A DNA stretch of 63,421 nt, the filler included, from Octopus bimaculoides (taxonomy: Eukaryota), in assembly GCF_001194135.2 (NCBI RefSeq). It is 6 parts of 6 records of this genome, joined end to end, with 100 filler letters (N's around TTAATTAATTAA, not from the genome) between each part and the next. Parts side by side here need not be neighbours in the genome. Positions count along the whole stretch, not along the records: positions 15,835 to 27,701 come from NC_068981.1; positions 27,802 to 45,101 come from NC_068990.1; 4 more parts are not named here. One strand, 5' to 3'. The number at the start of each line of letters is the position of its first letter. The first letter of the stretch is position 1. The translations under genes and the position numbers were made by a program. The notes beneath the pieces are model-generated. The model ran no database searches. It saw only the letters and a program-made list of their open reading frames with translations, and was not told where the DNA came from. This document shows positions 24,207-36,113 of this stretch, in pieces.

Positions 24207-24409
24207 AAGGTTCACGAGCTGGCAGAAACGGTAGCACGCCGGGTGAAATGCTTAGCGGTATTTCATCTGTCTCAACGTTCTGAGTTCAAATTCCACCGAG
24301 GTCGACTTTGCCTTTCATCCTTCCGGAAGTACCAGTTGTGTACTGGTTTCGATCTAATCGACTGGCTCCCTCCCCCAAAATTTCGGGCCTTGTGCCTAGA
24401 GTAGAAAAG
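24207..24409 (+). mobile_element. SINE-C
   Basis: gagctggcagaaacg.tagcacgccggg...gagttcaaattcc (B-box-like)...gtcgactttgcctttcatcctt...gcctagagtagaaaag. Confidence 0.85.
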
Positions 24410-24627
24410 CAGGCCGTCCTTCGTTTTAAGTAACACAAATATCACTTAAATAACAAAATTATCGGGCGATCTTACAGATCGCCAATTTTCCGAATCTTCA
24501 CCATCTGAAACGAATTTGTAGGAATTTTCATTGAAAAATGTTCGTTTTTCTGGAAGTTATGAGGCAATAAAGTCGAGTAGGGGAATACGTGAAGAGGCAT
24601 GCCTGAATCGACCCAACACTTTTTCTT

Positions 24628-24740
24628 TTTCGTAAAGCCTGGTACTTATTCTATCCGTCTATTCACCAAACCGCTAAGTTACGGAGACGTAAACACACCA
24701 ACGTCGGTTGTCAAGCGATGATGGGGATAAACACACCAAC
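24628..24740 (-). mobile_element. SINE-E internal fragment
   Basis: aagcctggtacttattctatc...accgctaagttacggagacgtaaacacacc...ggttgtcaagcgatg. Confidence 0.75.
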
Positions 24741-24869
24741 ACACAGTGCTGAACGTGGCGCGCGCGCAGCAGGTAAGAACGAACCCGAATCACTTATACA
24801 TACATGCCAAAAACGACATACGTGACAACACACACACGTCCATTTCATATACACGTACATACTTCTTCC

Positions 24870-25253
24870 GTGGAGACGCAATGGCCCAGTGATAAGGGCA
24901 GCGGACTCGCAGTCATAGGATCGCGGTTTCGATTCCCAGACCGGGCGTTGTGAGTGTTTATTGAGTGAAAACACCAAAAGTTCCACGAGGCTCCGGCAGG
25001 GGGTAGTGGCGAACCCTGCTCTACTCTTTCACCACATCTTTCTCTCACTCTTTCTTCCTGTTTCTGTTGTGCCTGTAATTCAAAGGGTCAGCCTTGTCAC
25101 ACTGTGTCACGCTGAATATCCCAGAGAACTACGTTAAGGGTACACGTGTCTGTGGAGTGCTCAGCTACTTGCACGTTAATTTCACGAGCAGGCTGTTCCG
25201 TTGATCGGATCAACTGGAACCCTCGACATCGTAAGAGACGGAGTGCCAACAAC
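24870..25253 (+). mobile_element. SINE-A, full-length tRNA-derived SINE with TSD
   Basis: A-box TGGCCCAGTG, B-box GTTTCGATTCCC, (AAC)n tail; 13-bp TSD ACATACTTCTTCC at 24857-24869 and 25252-25264. Confidence 0.92.
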
Positions 25254-25567
25254 ATACTTCTTCCTCTTTCATTTCCTGGTCTCGCTTCAAAGCAAATGTC
25301 GCCTTCCACACGTCATCACAACACACACACCTTCACTCACACACAGACACACGCTTATTTCATGTACAGGTACATACATCTCACACCTTCTCTTTTAGTT
25401 TAAAACAAAAGTAAATAAATAAATAAAAATTTACGGAAATGAACGAACAACAATGACATTCCTTATTAGTGTGTGTATGTATCTATGGTTGTGTGTGTGT
25501 ATATGTCAATGTATATTTGTATGTATCAGTATGTGTCTATATATATATGTGTGTGTGTGGGTTCGTA

Positions 25568-25598
<31 letters not shown>

Positions 25599-25732
25599 TC
25601 ATTATGGAGTGTGTAAGTTTTTAGGTCAATCTCAAAGTAAAGGTTTAGTGAATTTCTATATTTTTACAAACGATTATCGAATCTTCTGATAAGGTAAATA
25701 CGGTGTACCTACACAAGTGCATATGTCCCACA

Positions 25733-26098
25733 CCGACTTTGTTTCCTCATAACTTTCAGGAAAATGGATATTTTTTGATGAAATTTTCTATAAATAACCT
25801 TTGGGAGTTGTGGATTACGTTTATATCGGAATTTACTGTGGGGGTAGGGGGGAAGATAAAGAAAGGAAAATGTTGGACGTTATTCATGATTAATGTCCTG
25901 AAACACAATGTTTTTCAAAAATTTCAAATTACATTTTGTAGATATATATATATGTGATGTGTGTGCACAGCCACCAACTTCTATTTTTGCGTTGAAATTC
26001 GAAATGGTTGCTGCCAACACAATCTGAAAGATATTTGTAAAAAAAATTTCATTAGAAAAATATCCATTTTTTTCTGAAAGTTATGAGAAAACAAATCG
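25733..26098. mobile_element. MITE-like foldback
   Basis: About 65-bp inverted arms: tttgtttcctcataactttcaggaaaatggatatt... versus ...aatatccatttttttctgaaagttatgagaaaacaaa. No clear TSD. Confidence 0.55.
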
Positions 26099-26329
26099 TA
26101 CTGGAACCATTAAGGCAAATTGGTGGTGGTCAGTGGGCCTGCTAGAAATCTTAGATCATCCCCTAACATCTGGAAAAAAAACAAAAGGAAGGCTGGAACT
26201 TCAGAATAGATGGTCAAAATCTTATTAGGAAGACAAAGATCAACTTTTCCTTTATTTTTTGTGTTGTTTACCACGAGAGAACCTGTCCATTCATGTTTGT
26301 ATTGTTGACGGGAGCTAACCATCCACTGT

Positions 26330-27040
26330 GGCCGCTGGAACTGCCAGATCCCATGATTTTGCTCTTCTTTGGATTTGTTAATGATGGGTGTCCTGTGAAG
26401 ACATGGCAGCTGATCCCTCCATCAATGATCTATAGAGTCTCAGCATCTATTTAGGCACTGGGGTTACAAATACTCTGTGGGCTGATTCAAATGTAATAAC
26501 AATAGAAGCAGTACTAATACCAGAAGGTAATCTTTATCTCTCACTTAAAAGTGGATGTTGTGTTGGAACACCAAATACTGCAATAGTCACCATGAGAGAA
26601 CCTCTCATATGGATTTGTGGTGCATAAAAGCATTTGTATCCACTTTTAACCCTTTTCTTACCATATTTCTGTTGAGATGCTCTGGGTTTCTTTCAATTAA
26701 TTTTAAATATAACAAAGGATTTAGTAAAATAACTTAGTTATCATTAATCTAGTGTTAGGAAGATAAATTGTGACTAAGATTTGGTGGAAGATTTGAATTC
26801 AGAACTTTTGGAAACAAGGTATACTTCAGAGCCAGAGATGGCTTCGAATGGGTTGGTATCGAAAGGCTTTTGGGATTAATACTGCTGCTGTTGCAATTGG
26901 TTGTTTCTTTAGTGTTTCCTGTGGCATGTACTCTTTCAAGAAGACAATGGATTATGTAGTTTATTTCTACAAAGCTAGCATCAATAGAAACTAGAAAATT
27001 GTATTTAAAAATATACATATTCCCTACAGTTATGAAGAAA
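26330..27040 (-). pseudogene. Possible ancient AP-endonuclease (LINE) remnant
   Basis: Out-of-frame pieces in the expected order: HNCRE (WNCRG-like), IVFLKE, AAVLIPK, LVTIYLPN. Heavily degraded. Confidence 0.35.
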
Positions 27041-27321
27041 TAAATTCAGTGGGGCACTGTTGTATAGGTATCTCCTGTCTGTAGAAAGCATTACAGTGAA
27101 ATAAACAGTTTATGGATTGTTGGACAAAGAAATAAACAAACTTTACTTTTTAGTAGAACAAACAGAGATAGATTGATTCTGTGGCCAAGGCAACTTACTA
27201 CTTTCTGATACAATTCAACTTTGGAGATTCTTTATATAATGTATTAGTAAGGCACCAAAGGATAGATTTTCAAGAATTTGTTTAGTCAGTTTTAGTCATT
27301 CATGCAGAGAAAAGGCCGTGA

Positions 27322-27615
27322 CATCATCATCATCATCATTTAACGTCCATTTTCTATGCTGGCCACGGTTCAAATGTCTGTTGTGGCATCGTATCTATGG
27401 CTGGATGCCCTTCCTAATGCCAACCACTTGACATAATATGCTGGGTGCTTTTTATGTGCCACTGGCATGGGTGTGTTGGCACAGCCCTAGCGTGGATGTG
27501 GTTTTATGTGGCACCCACATATGAAAGGACAAGCCTGTATGTATGGAAGACAATGATTTTATTTAGCTTCACGTGATTTTTCAAGTACAGCAAATCACCA
27601 CATCTCCTGGTCCCT
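27322..27615 (-). mobile_element. SINE-B variant with three about 26-bp head repeats
   Basis: (CAT)n tail, ggctggatgcccttcctaatgccaacca core, tandem units at 27443-27520. Confidence 0.75.
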
Positions 27616-27745
27616 CCGGGTCTAAAAATACCCAAGACCATAATTACCCCGACAACCCCATCAAGGAATTGAGGGCCCAACACAAAGCAATATTTATAAA
27701 TNNNNNNNNNNNNNNNNNNNNNNNNNNNNNNNNNNNNNNNNNNNN

Positions 27746-27757
27746 TTAATTAATTAA
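27746..27757. other. Artificial gap linker TTAATTAATTAA
   Basis: 44 N + 12-mer + 44 N. Confidence 0.95.
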
Positions 27758-27828
27758 NNNNNNNNNNNNNNNNNNNNNNNNNNNNNNNNNNNNNNNNNNN
27801 NAATACCGGTTGTCAAGCGGTGTGGGTG

Positions 27829-27897
<69 letters not shown>

Positions 27898-28614
27898 AAT
27901 CAACTCATGCATACGCTGCGAGTCAATACTACCGACGCGTTGTAAATTTAGTATATCCAGTGGCTGAATTATTTATCTGTATGTATGAGGCGTGAGGTTT
28001 TGTTGTCCACTTAATTCGTTCGTTAGTGTAATTGTGAGGAAAAGTCTTGATTTTCCTCAAAGTTAAGTTTGTTGGCTGTGTAAATTAAACATTTCAAATG
28101 GCAGAATGTGCTTGTGTGTGAGCAGTTGTTGGTGAGTGGTAACTTGCATCAACCTCAGAGAAGACAAAGCACACATTTAAATCAGGACAAAGTTTTAATA
28201 TAAAAATCATTTTACCTGTACGTTAAAAAATTTTATATATGCTATTAAACATAAAGGATGTAACGACGATTAGATACACTCAGAAATAGACTGAGTATTC
28301 ATCGTCAACAAATAGAACACCCCAGTACCAGACAAATCGCACTGAGTTGGCACATGGACATATGCACAAACGATAAATTCCCTAAATTTTGAGTCTTCCC
28401 GGGGAAAACCTCAGATCAAACACAAATACAAAAATACAAAAAATACGAACCACGACTGAATAAACAAAATACATTCGCATCTTTCTACCTCACGTAATTT
28501 TTGAAAATCAGACAAAATCTGTGAAATCAGTAAAACCTTTAAAAATAAACCATCAAAAAGCCTTCCTGTGCGTTTTCAACTTTATTTTTCATATTTCTAC
28601 CTGTGTGGAATAAG

Positions 28615-28926
28615 GTTCGACTGCGGCCATGCCTGGTCATCACCTTGAAGAATTGTAGTCGAACGAATTACCCCAGTATTTATCTTTTTAAACTTATTTT
28701 ATCTGTATCTTTTGCCGAACCGCTAGTTACGAGGATGTAAACACCAACACCGGTGGTTAAGCGGATGAAGGGTACAATTACGGACACAGAAACACTTAGA
28801 TACATAGATACATACATACGTGCATACATATACATATATATGACAGGCTTCTTTCAGTCTCCTTTTACCAAATGAACTCAAAACCATGTAGTTGAAAGGC
28901 AAACTGCAAACCATACAACCATGCCT
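28615..28926 (-). mobile_element. SINE-E, internally deleted
   Basis: gactgcggccatgc...ttttgccgaaccgctagttacg...ggcttctttcagtctcc...ccatacaaccatgcctg. Confidence 0.75.
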
Positions 28927-29135
28927 GAACAAGACTTTTTATTTCACGTTGCTCCTGGTCACTCAGTTGTAGTTGTGAAGTCACTGGTGCGGAGCTGTAT
29001 TGGGTTTTGCCTTTCCCTTGGATAACATCGGTAGCGTAGAGACGGGAGGCTGGTATGCATGGGTGAATGGTGATCTTCCATAAACACTCTTTCTAGACTT
29101 GTGCCAAGGAGGGGAAGTTTCTAGGGTGCAATTCC
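28926..29135 (+). mobile_element. SINE-G fragment (CORE-like body, different tail)
   Basis: gaacaagactttttatttcacgttgctcc is shared with 45550-45585 and 57005-57035, but the downstream sequence differs from SINE-A. Confidence 0.5.
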
Positions 29136-29147
29136 ATAGTCATTTAC

Positions 29148-29183
<36 letters not shown>

Positions 29184-29186
<3 letters not shown>

Positions 29187-29553
29187 GCACCCTTGGTTTC
29201 TGCCGGGTAGTCTTTCCACTAACAAGATCCCCACATAGCATCTGTTTAGGGATCCTGCTATCCTCTATTCTAATAAGGTGTCCAGTCCAACGTAACAGAT
29301 GCTTGTGCACCATCACATCCATACTCAAGATATCAGCTTTCCTCAAGACCTGTGTGTCTGGAGTTTTTAAGGTCCAGCCAACATTCAGAACGTGTCTCAG
29401 ACATCTCTGATAAAAGCGTTCAAGGACTTTTACGTGGCGTTTGTAAAGGGTCCATGTCTCACATGAGTAAAGGAGCGATGTCAGTATACATGCAAGGTAC
29501 ACAGCAAGTTTTGTTTGCTTTGTGATGCCATGCTGGGACCAGACACGGGACAA
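29184..29553 (-). pseudogene. RTE LINE ORF C-terminal region, inverted segment
   Basis: RVWSQHGITKQTKLAVYLACILTSLLYSCETWT...RCLR...LRWTGHLIRIEDSRIPKQML...KPRVR. Confidence 0.92.
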
Positions 29554-29880
29554 CTCATATCCTCATTAAAGGCCTGTGATATGCAGGAGACCAACTGGGA
29601 GAGCAATGCCTGTCATTGCCACAGATGGAGGATTCAGGTTTAGGAGGGGTCGACATCTTTGGAAGAGCACGTATTCTGCATGAAGAATTTAAGCGCACTG
29701 CTAGAGTAATGAATGGCGAAAGCTTGGTTTGCAATGTTTGCAATCGTGTATGCTTGTCAAGGGCAGGGCTCATTAGCCACCAACGGAGCTGCAAATGCAA
29801 AATATAAGTTAGTCCTAGAGCGCACAATGTTCCTGAAGGTCAGCAATGGTCTTCCTCGGTCACGAGTGGACGGCCATCAT
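29548..29880 (+). pseudogene. RTE LINE extreme C-terminus and 3-prime UTR, sense segment
   Basis: QLISSLKACDMQETNWE...RWR, then C2H2-type CNVCNRVCLSRAGLISHQRSC, stop at 29807, UTR ending GGACGGCCATCAT. Confidence 0.88.
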
Positions 29881-29959
29881 ATATATAAGTGTGTGTGTGT
29901 GTGTGTGTGCGTGCGTGCATGCATGCGTGTGTATATGTGAGAGAGAGAGAGAGAGAGAG

Positions 29960-30003
<44 letters not shown>

Positions 30004-30911
30004 CGCGTGTGTGTGGATTGCAAGGAGTACTGCTTATATAATAAACATGCAAGATTAGTTTTGCAGGAAAAAGTAACAATAGTAGTCACACCACCAATTT
30101 ACGTGGTTAGAAGTGGTACTGATCAGGCCAATTTCTAGTCTTCTTATACTTCGTGGAAGAAAGAAAACTGATCTTCTATCCGCTGTGTGTATAATAAAAA
30201 GAATGGTACACATTGTATTTCAATCTGTCCCAGATGTCTTTGCATTGCAAATAATGTTGACCAGGTTACCTGGGTCCGAGTTTGAAAACACTAATATATC
30301 TTTAAGTTAATGCTCTTTCTACGTACACAAAATTGGTACTCCATAGTTGATGAAGGCCATAATTTCTTCCCATGGAGTTATAAAATCTTCATAAACTTTT
30401 TACGGCTTAACAATTTTTTTCTGTATATTATCAAATAGTAGTATTCTATATAAAACCTTCGCGAAAGGATGAGTTATTTATAACGAAAGAATTAATAAAC
30501 TCATGTTTTCAGCTCCCGCCATGTCATACCAATTACACTAACTAGTTCGGTTGCCTCTTAGTTTGTATTCACTATTGTCATCTATAATCTATGAAACCCT
30601 CAGTGATCGGGTGATGGGTGTTCTTTCTACGACAAACGTTTAAGACTAAAGCATATTCATGTCAACCCCATTGTTGATACAGACAGGTAAAACTTATGGC
30701 TGAAGCAATTTGTTCATTTTTCAGTTTGATTAGAATTGTTGGTTTATTTAAAATGAAAAACGTTTCATTTCAGCTTATATCAATACGTTGTATGGCGCCG
30801 AATGAAAAAATGTGTCTGTACTTAGATACATACATACATGCATACATACATATATACAAACATGCATACATATACATACATACATATACATGTGTGTGTG
30901 TGTAAATATAA

Positions 30912-30942
<31 letters not shown>

Positions 30943-31254
30943 NNNNNNNNNNNNNNNNNNNNNNNNNNNNNNNNNNNNNNNNNNNNNNNNNNNNNNNNNN
31001 NNNNNNNNNNNNNNNNNNNNNNNNNNNNNNNNNNNNNNNNNNNNNNNNNNNNNNNNNNNNNNNNNNNNNNNNNNNNNNNNNNNNNNNNNNNNNNNNNNNN
31101 NNNNNNNNNNNNNNNNNNNNNNNNNNNNNNNNNNNNNNNNNNNNNNNNNNNNNNNNNNNNNNNNNNNNNNNNNNNNNNNNNNNNNNNNNNNNNNNNNNNN
31201 NNNNNNNNNNNNNNNNNNNNNNNNNNNNNNNNNNNNNNNNNNNNNNNNNNNNNN

Positions 31255-31308
<54 letters not shown>

Positions 31309-31879
31309 AGAAAGTGAAGGAGATATTTGTGTTAAGCTGTTGTATGTTGCCTGCATTAACAGTGCTTGATCGACAGTATATTCAACACGTACTTCAGATG
31401 ACACTTTTATGGTTGAGGTTGGGAAGATGAGCTAGACGACGCTGCACCTGTGAGCTCACTGTTGAGCAGCAGCAGTAGCAGCAGCAGCAGCAGATGGTAT
31501 GTCGCAAATGTTTCCGCTCTAGCATAAAATGAATTAATATCTGGGATCATTTGTTAGCAAGTGAATAACATTCTAAAACATTTCCAATAACTTCACAGAT
31601 CTAATTTTTTAACGTGAGTGATAGAGAACTTCTTTTCTGAATTTCTTTAATAGACAGTCAGTTTTAGGTTGCGGGATGGATTTTCTAGACTCTCTGTCTC
31701 ATGTAAGTGTTTATTTATGTGTTTATATATCTGCGGGAAAGGAGTCTCTCATATTAAGAACAAATGCGTCGTTGGATACACGTCTACAAGGGATTAGTTA
31801 ATGGTACAACAGCATTATCGGTGGCGATTTTGCAAGTTGGTCCGTATAAACATCAGAAGAAATATTTACATTTTATCGT

Positions 31880-32010
31880 CTACTTCTTTCAGTCATTAGA
31901 CTGCGACCAAGCCTTGAAAAGTGTATTTAGTCGAACGAATAGACATCAGTGTTTTTTCTAAAGCTTCGTACATATTCCATCGCTCTCTTTGACTGAACCG
32001 CTAAGTTTAA
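31880..32010 (-). mobile_element. SINE-E 3-prime fragment
   Basis: cttctttcagtcattagactgcgacca...tttagtcgaacgaat...gaaccgctaagtt. Confidence 0.65.
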
Positions 32011-32076
32011 ATATGTATGTGAGGATACAATTATGATTGCAGTTATTGAATCTTATTTCTGTCTATTTCTTTTACA

Positions 32077-32910
32077 TGTTGCTGTTGTTGTTTGTTCCTT
32101 CTCGAGCTATGCCGGTTTCCCGGTTTCATTGGCGTATAGGTTCCCCACCTGGACCGGACGCGAAATTTTTTCCCTACGAGAGTTCCGGACCCCAGTTATG
32201 AACTCATTTACAAGCAGGCAATCAGAGCTCTATAGACTAGTATCATAGAATTAAATACAATAATTATAATAAACAAATGTATAAATACAACTAATAATAT
32301 AATAGTACTCACACATTTTCGTGACTAGCTTTTTTTTTTGTTATTTTGTTGTACAAAGCTCATAAAATGAATAAAACTCGCTTTTCACTGAAGGCCACAG
32401 GAAAATGCACATGTGCCATTTCAAGCAGTTTCCGTACTTTCATATTCGTCATAGACGTTGTCTATGTAATTAAAACTTACCGCTAACCGGCGCATGTGTT
32501 CAGCATTGATGATACGGGCATCTGAATGAGAGCACAATACAAGATTTGCATGCCAATCGGTGGTTACCATTTTGAATGCCAACCTTCGTTAACTTGACAA
32601 CAATATCAAAGTGAGCTCTCATTGGCTGTAGGCAAATGAGTTCATTACTGGGGTCTGGAACTCTCGTGAGAAAAAAACGTTTCGCGGACGGGACGCCGGT
32701 CCGTCGCAGATGAGCTGCTAGATGGAGGAGGAAAAAGTGAGAGAATGTTGTGGCGAAAGAATCATCAGAAGTTCGCCATTATCTTCTGCCGGTGCAGCGT
32801 GGAGTTTAACTGTTTCGCTCATAAACACAAACATTACCCGGTCTGAGATTCGAACGTGCGATCTCTCGACCGCGAGTCCGCTGCTCTAACCACAGGGCCA
32901 TTAGCCTCCA
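32077..32910 (-). mobile_element. SINE-V: SINE-A-like head with V-domain-like body, split by a MITE
   Basis: Minus strand: GGAGGCTAATGGCCCTGTGGTTAGAGCAGCGGACTCGCGGTC...GTTCGAATCTC...CTGCGACGGACCGGCGTCCCGTCC, MITE, then AGGTGGGGAACC...(AAC)n. Confidence 0.75.
32160..32685. mobile_element. 526-bp MITE, unclassified
   Basis: About 50-70-bp TIRs GCGAAA...ACGAGAGTTCC(G/A)GACCCCAGT(T/A)ATGAACTCATTT; direct GGAC at 32156-32159 and 32686-32689. Confidence 0.8.
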
Positions 32911-33567
32911 CCATTTGTTTTGCATGGTGAATTCATATTACTGGTATGCTTATTAGTATAAGTCAATCACACACATATAACAGTCTTATGTCTAATGCAT
33001 TACGTTAGAGAAATCTTAATCATTGACAAGCAACAGTTAGCAAATACATATGTAGATACACACACACATACACACGGTAGTATTGAATTTACTATTGTGT
33101 ATCTTTTTACAATATAAAGTGTCAAGACTCTCATCATACCATATCTATGACATATTCATTAAGTGTCATTGTTGCATTGTTATATTGCTATCGTTGACTG
33201 CAACTATGTTTGATTACAAGTTAGATATTTATCTTTAATGGCGACATCTACCTGTGCAATATATGAATACATACGAAGCTACCCGCACACAAAAAAAAAA
33301 CATTTGCATAAACGCATACATACCCAGACATATACATATACACTCAGATAAAACAAGTATGAATATCAGTGTATGTATGTATGTATGTATGTATGTATGT
33401 ATACATATATATATATATATATAAACATGCATGTTAGTGTGTGTGTATGTATGTGTGTGTATGTATGTGTCTGTGTGTGTATGTATGTGTGTGTGTGTAT
33501 ATGTATGTGTGTGTGTGAACATATACACATGTGTATACATAAATATATATGTGTATATTTAACTTAA

Positions 33568-33785
33568 TAATCCTTTCTACTCGAGGCACAAGATCCGAAA
33601 ATTTTGGGGAGGGGGTGAGACGATTAGATCGATCTCAATGCTTAACTGGTGTTTGTTTTATCGACTCCTAAAATATAAAAAGTAAAGTCGACCTCGGAAG
33701 CATTTGAACTCAGACTGTGAAAACGGATGAAATGCCGCTTTCGTTTTTGTCCGGATTGCTAATGATTATTTCAGCTCGTCGCCTT
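33568..33785 (-). mobile_element. SINE-C
   Basis: Reverse complement of the 24207 copy (cctttctactcgaggcacaag...aaagtcgacctcgg...cagctcgtcgcctt). Confidence 0.8.
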
Positions 33786-34111
33786 GTGTGTGCATTTATT
33801 AACGGCAATAAGCTAAATTCGGTATTCCCAGCTCTCTAAGAAATTTTCGGAGGCGAAACTTATTTTATAGGAATATTACTCCATATTTATCAAAAATATA
33901 TTAAAAATATAAATGGAAAGGAAACAATTGAATTAAATTCACAAAATAAAAATCCCTTTGAGATGTCACGAAGATCACAGCTCTAATGAATATTTACTAA
34001 TAAAACCATATCATTGCTTGTTTTCACTTTTTCCATATCATAGGAGTTAAATTTCTTCCAAAACATTCAACATTTTAGTATTGTGTACAAACCGATGCAA
34101 TAATAATAATG

Positions 34112-34169
<58 letters not shown>

Positions 34170-34181
34170 TAATAATAATAA

Positions 34182-34930
34182 GGATTTTTAATTGCTGCAC
34201 AAGACCAAAGCCTCCCCACCAGAAATTACCAAAAACACATAATGAAAAGAAATATAACAAGTGACTGTAGAATATGTGGAGATCGACAAGAAACAATAAA
34301 TCATATTATCTCTGGCTGCCCAGTCCTGGCTAAGAAGGAATATATTCACAGACACGACAGAGCTGGGACCTATATACACTGGAAGCTATGCCAACATTAT
34401 GGAATAGCAANNNNNNNNNNNNNNNNNNNNNNNNNNNNNNNNNNNNNNNNNNNNNNNNNNNNNNNNNNNNNNNNNNNNNNNNNNNNNNNNNNNNNNNNNN
34501 NNNNNNNNNNNNNNNNNNNNNNNNNNNNNNNNNNNNNNNNNNNNNNNNNNNNNNNNNNNNNNNNNNNNNNNNNNNNNNNNNNNNNNNNNNNNNNNNNNNN
34601 NNNNNNNNNNNNNNNNNNNNNNNNNNNNNNNNNNNNNNNNNNNNNNNNNNNNNNNNNNNNNNNNNNNNNNNNNNNNNNNNNNNNNNNNNNNNNNNNNNNN
34701 NNNNNNNNNNNNNNNNNNNNNNNNNNNNNNNNNNNNNNNNNNNNNNNNNNNNNNNNNNNNNNNNNNNNNNNNNNNNNNNNNNNNNNNNNNNGGTACTGCA
34801 CACATTCGACGCAAAACACTTTCAATACAGTAAACATAAGAGCACCACAGCAAACCACAGCACATACCCAAGGCGCACAGAGCTGCGCTCGGTAGTGAAG
34901 TGAAAGCACGTTATAAAAATAAAACTACTG
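34182..34930 (+). mobile_element. 5-prime-truncated R4/Dong-like non-LTR retrotransposon in (TAA)n
   Basis: GFLIAAQDQSLPTRNYQKHI...CRICGDRQETINHIISGCPVLAKKEYIHRHD (CCHC knuckle of RLE-type elements), gap, GTAHIRRKTLSIQ* (stop 34833); TAA arrays on both sides. Confidence 0.85.
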
Positions 34931-34954
34931 AATAATAATAATAATAATAATAAT

Positions 34955-35024
34955 ATGCCTCTTGAGGTCTCTGGGTGAGACTTGTATCCAACTTGTACAA
35001 ATGCAAAACAAAAGTCAAACATAA
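34955..35024 (+). mobile_element. Second short 3-prime-end module between TAA arrays
   Basis: 70-bp unique segment (gaggtctctgggtgagacttgtatccaacttgtacaaatgc...) flanked by (TAA)n; inferred to be the 3-prime UTR of another Dong-like subfamily. Confidence 0.5.
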
Positions 35025-35728
35025 AATAATAATAATAATAATAATATTAATAATAATGATAATAATAATAATAATAATGATAAATAAATAAATAAATAAT
35101 TGCCGTAGCAGAAATGGAGTGAATTTATTGAGTAATTTTTTAATTGATACAAAACTAAAAAAAAAAAACAGAATTGCTTTCTTCACTCTGATAAAAGATA
35201 TGATTTGTCTCCTATAAATGCAGGATAATTAAAATTATATTAAAACATTATTTATATTTAATGTGTGTTCTTAATATATAATATTTTTCAGTATATTTAC
35301 TTTAAATATTTTAATCGTGAGAAATCTTATGAGAGATGGGTATTTAGTAGAGTCTCAACGAATTATATGGCTCAGAATATTACATTTGAAACGGTGGAAT
35401 CTATGTCAGATCCCGACTACTAAATAATAGCTCAGCGATGTGATTTTGTGATTAAATATGGATGATAACTTTCAGTCGAATTGTGATAGATTGGTATCTT
35501 AGCATAATAACTTCACATTTTCATCGATATCTTTGCTGATATAAGATACTTTAAGGTACTGATTTCGACAAAGCATGCATACCATTCATTATATGAAAAG
35601 TCTGTGTCTTCTTTGTTTCTCATATTCTCGTACGAGTAAATATTTCTTTATTGTACGTACGTGCGCACAAGCAAATATATATGTATATATGTATGTATGT
35701 ATGTATGTACGCATGTATGTATATATGT

Positions 35729-36113
35729 GAGGCGCAATGGCCCAGTGGTTAGGGCAGCGGACTCGCGGTCATAGGATCGCGGTTTCGATTCCCAGACCGG
35801 GCGTTGTGAGTGTTTATTGAGCGAAAACACCTAAAGCTCCACGAGGCTCCGGCAGGGGATGGTGGCGAACCCTGCTGTAGTCTTTCACCACAACTTTCTC
35901 TCACGCTTTCTTCCTGTTTCTGTTGTGCCTGTAATTCAAAGAGCCAGCCTTGTCACACTGTGTCACGCTGAATATCCCCGAGAACTACGTTAAGGGTACA
36001 CGTGTCTGTGGAGTGCTCAGCCACTTGCAAGTTAATTTCACGAGCAGGCCGTTCCGTTGATCGGATCAACTGGAACCCTCGACGTCGAAAGCGACGGAAT
36101 GCCAACAACAACA
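35729..36113 (+). mobile_element. SINE-A, full length, inside a (TATG)n tract
   Basis: Near-identical to the 24870 copy; TATG repeats on both flanks. Confidence 0.92.

Noticed and set aside
24870-24950. tRNA gene at SINE-A heads
   Set aside because: A and B boxes are present but there is no acceptor stem or proper cloverleaf, and the sequence continues into a repeated SINE body. The parental tRNA was not assigned.
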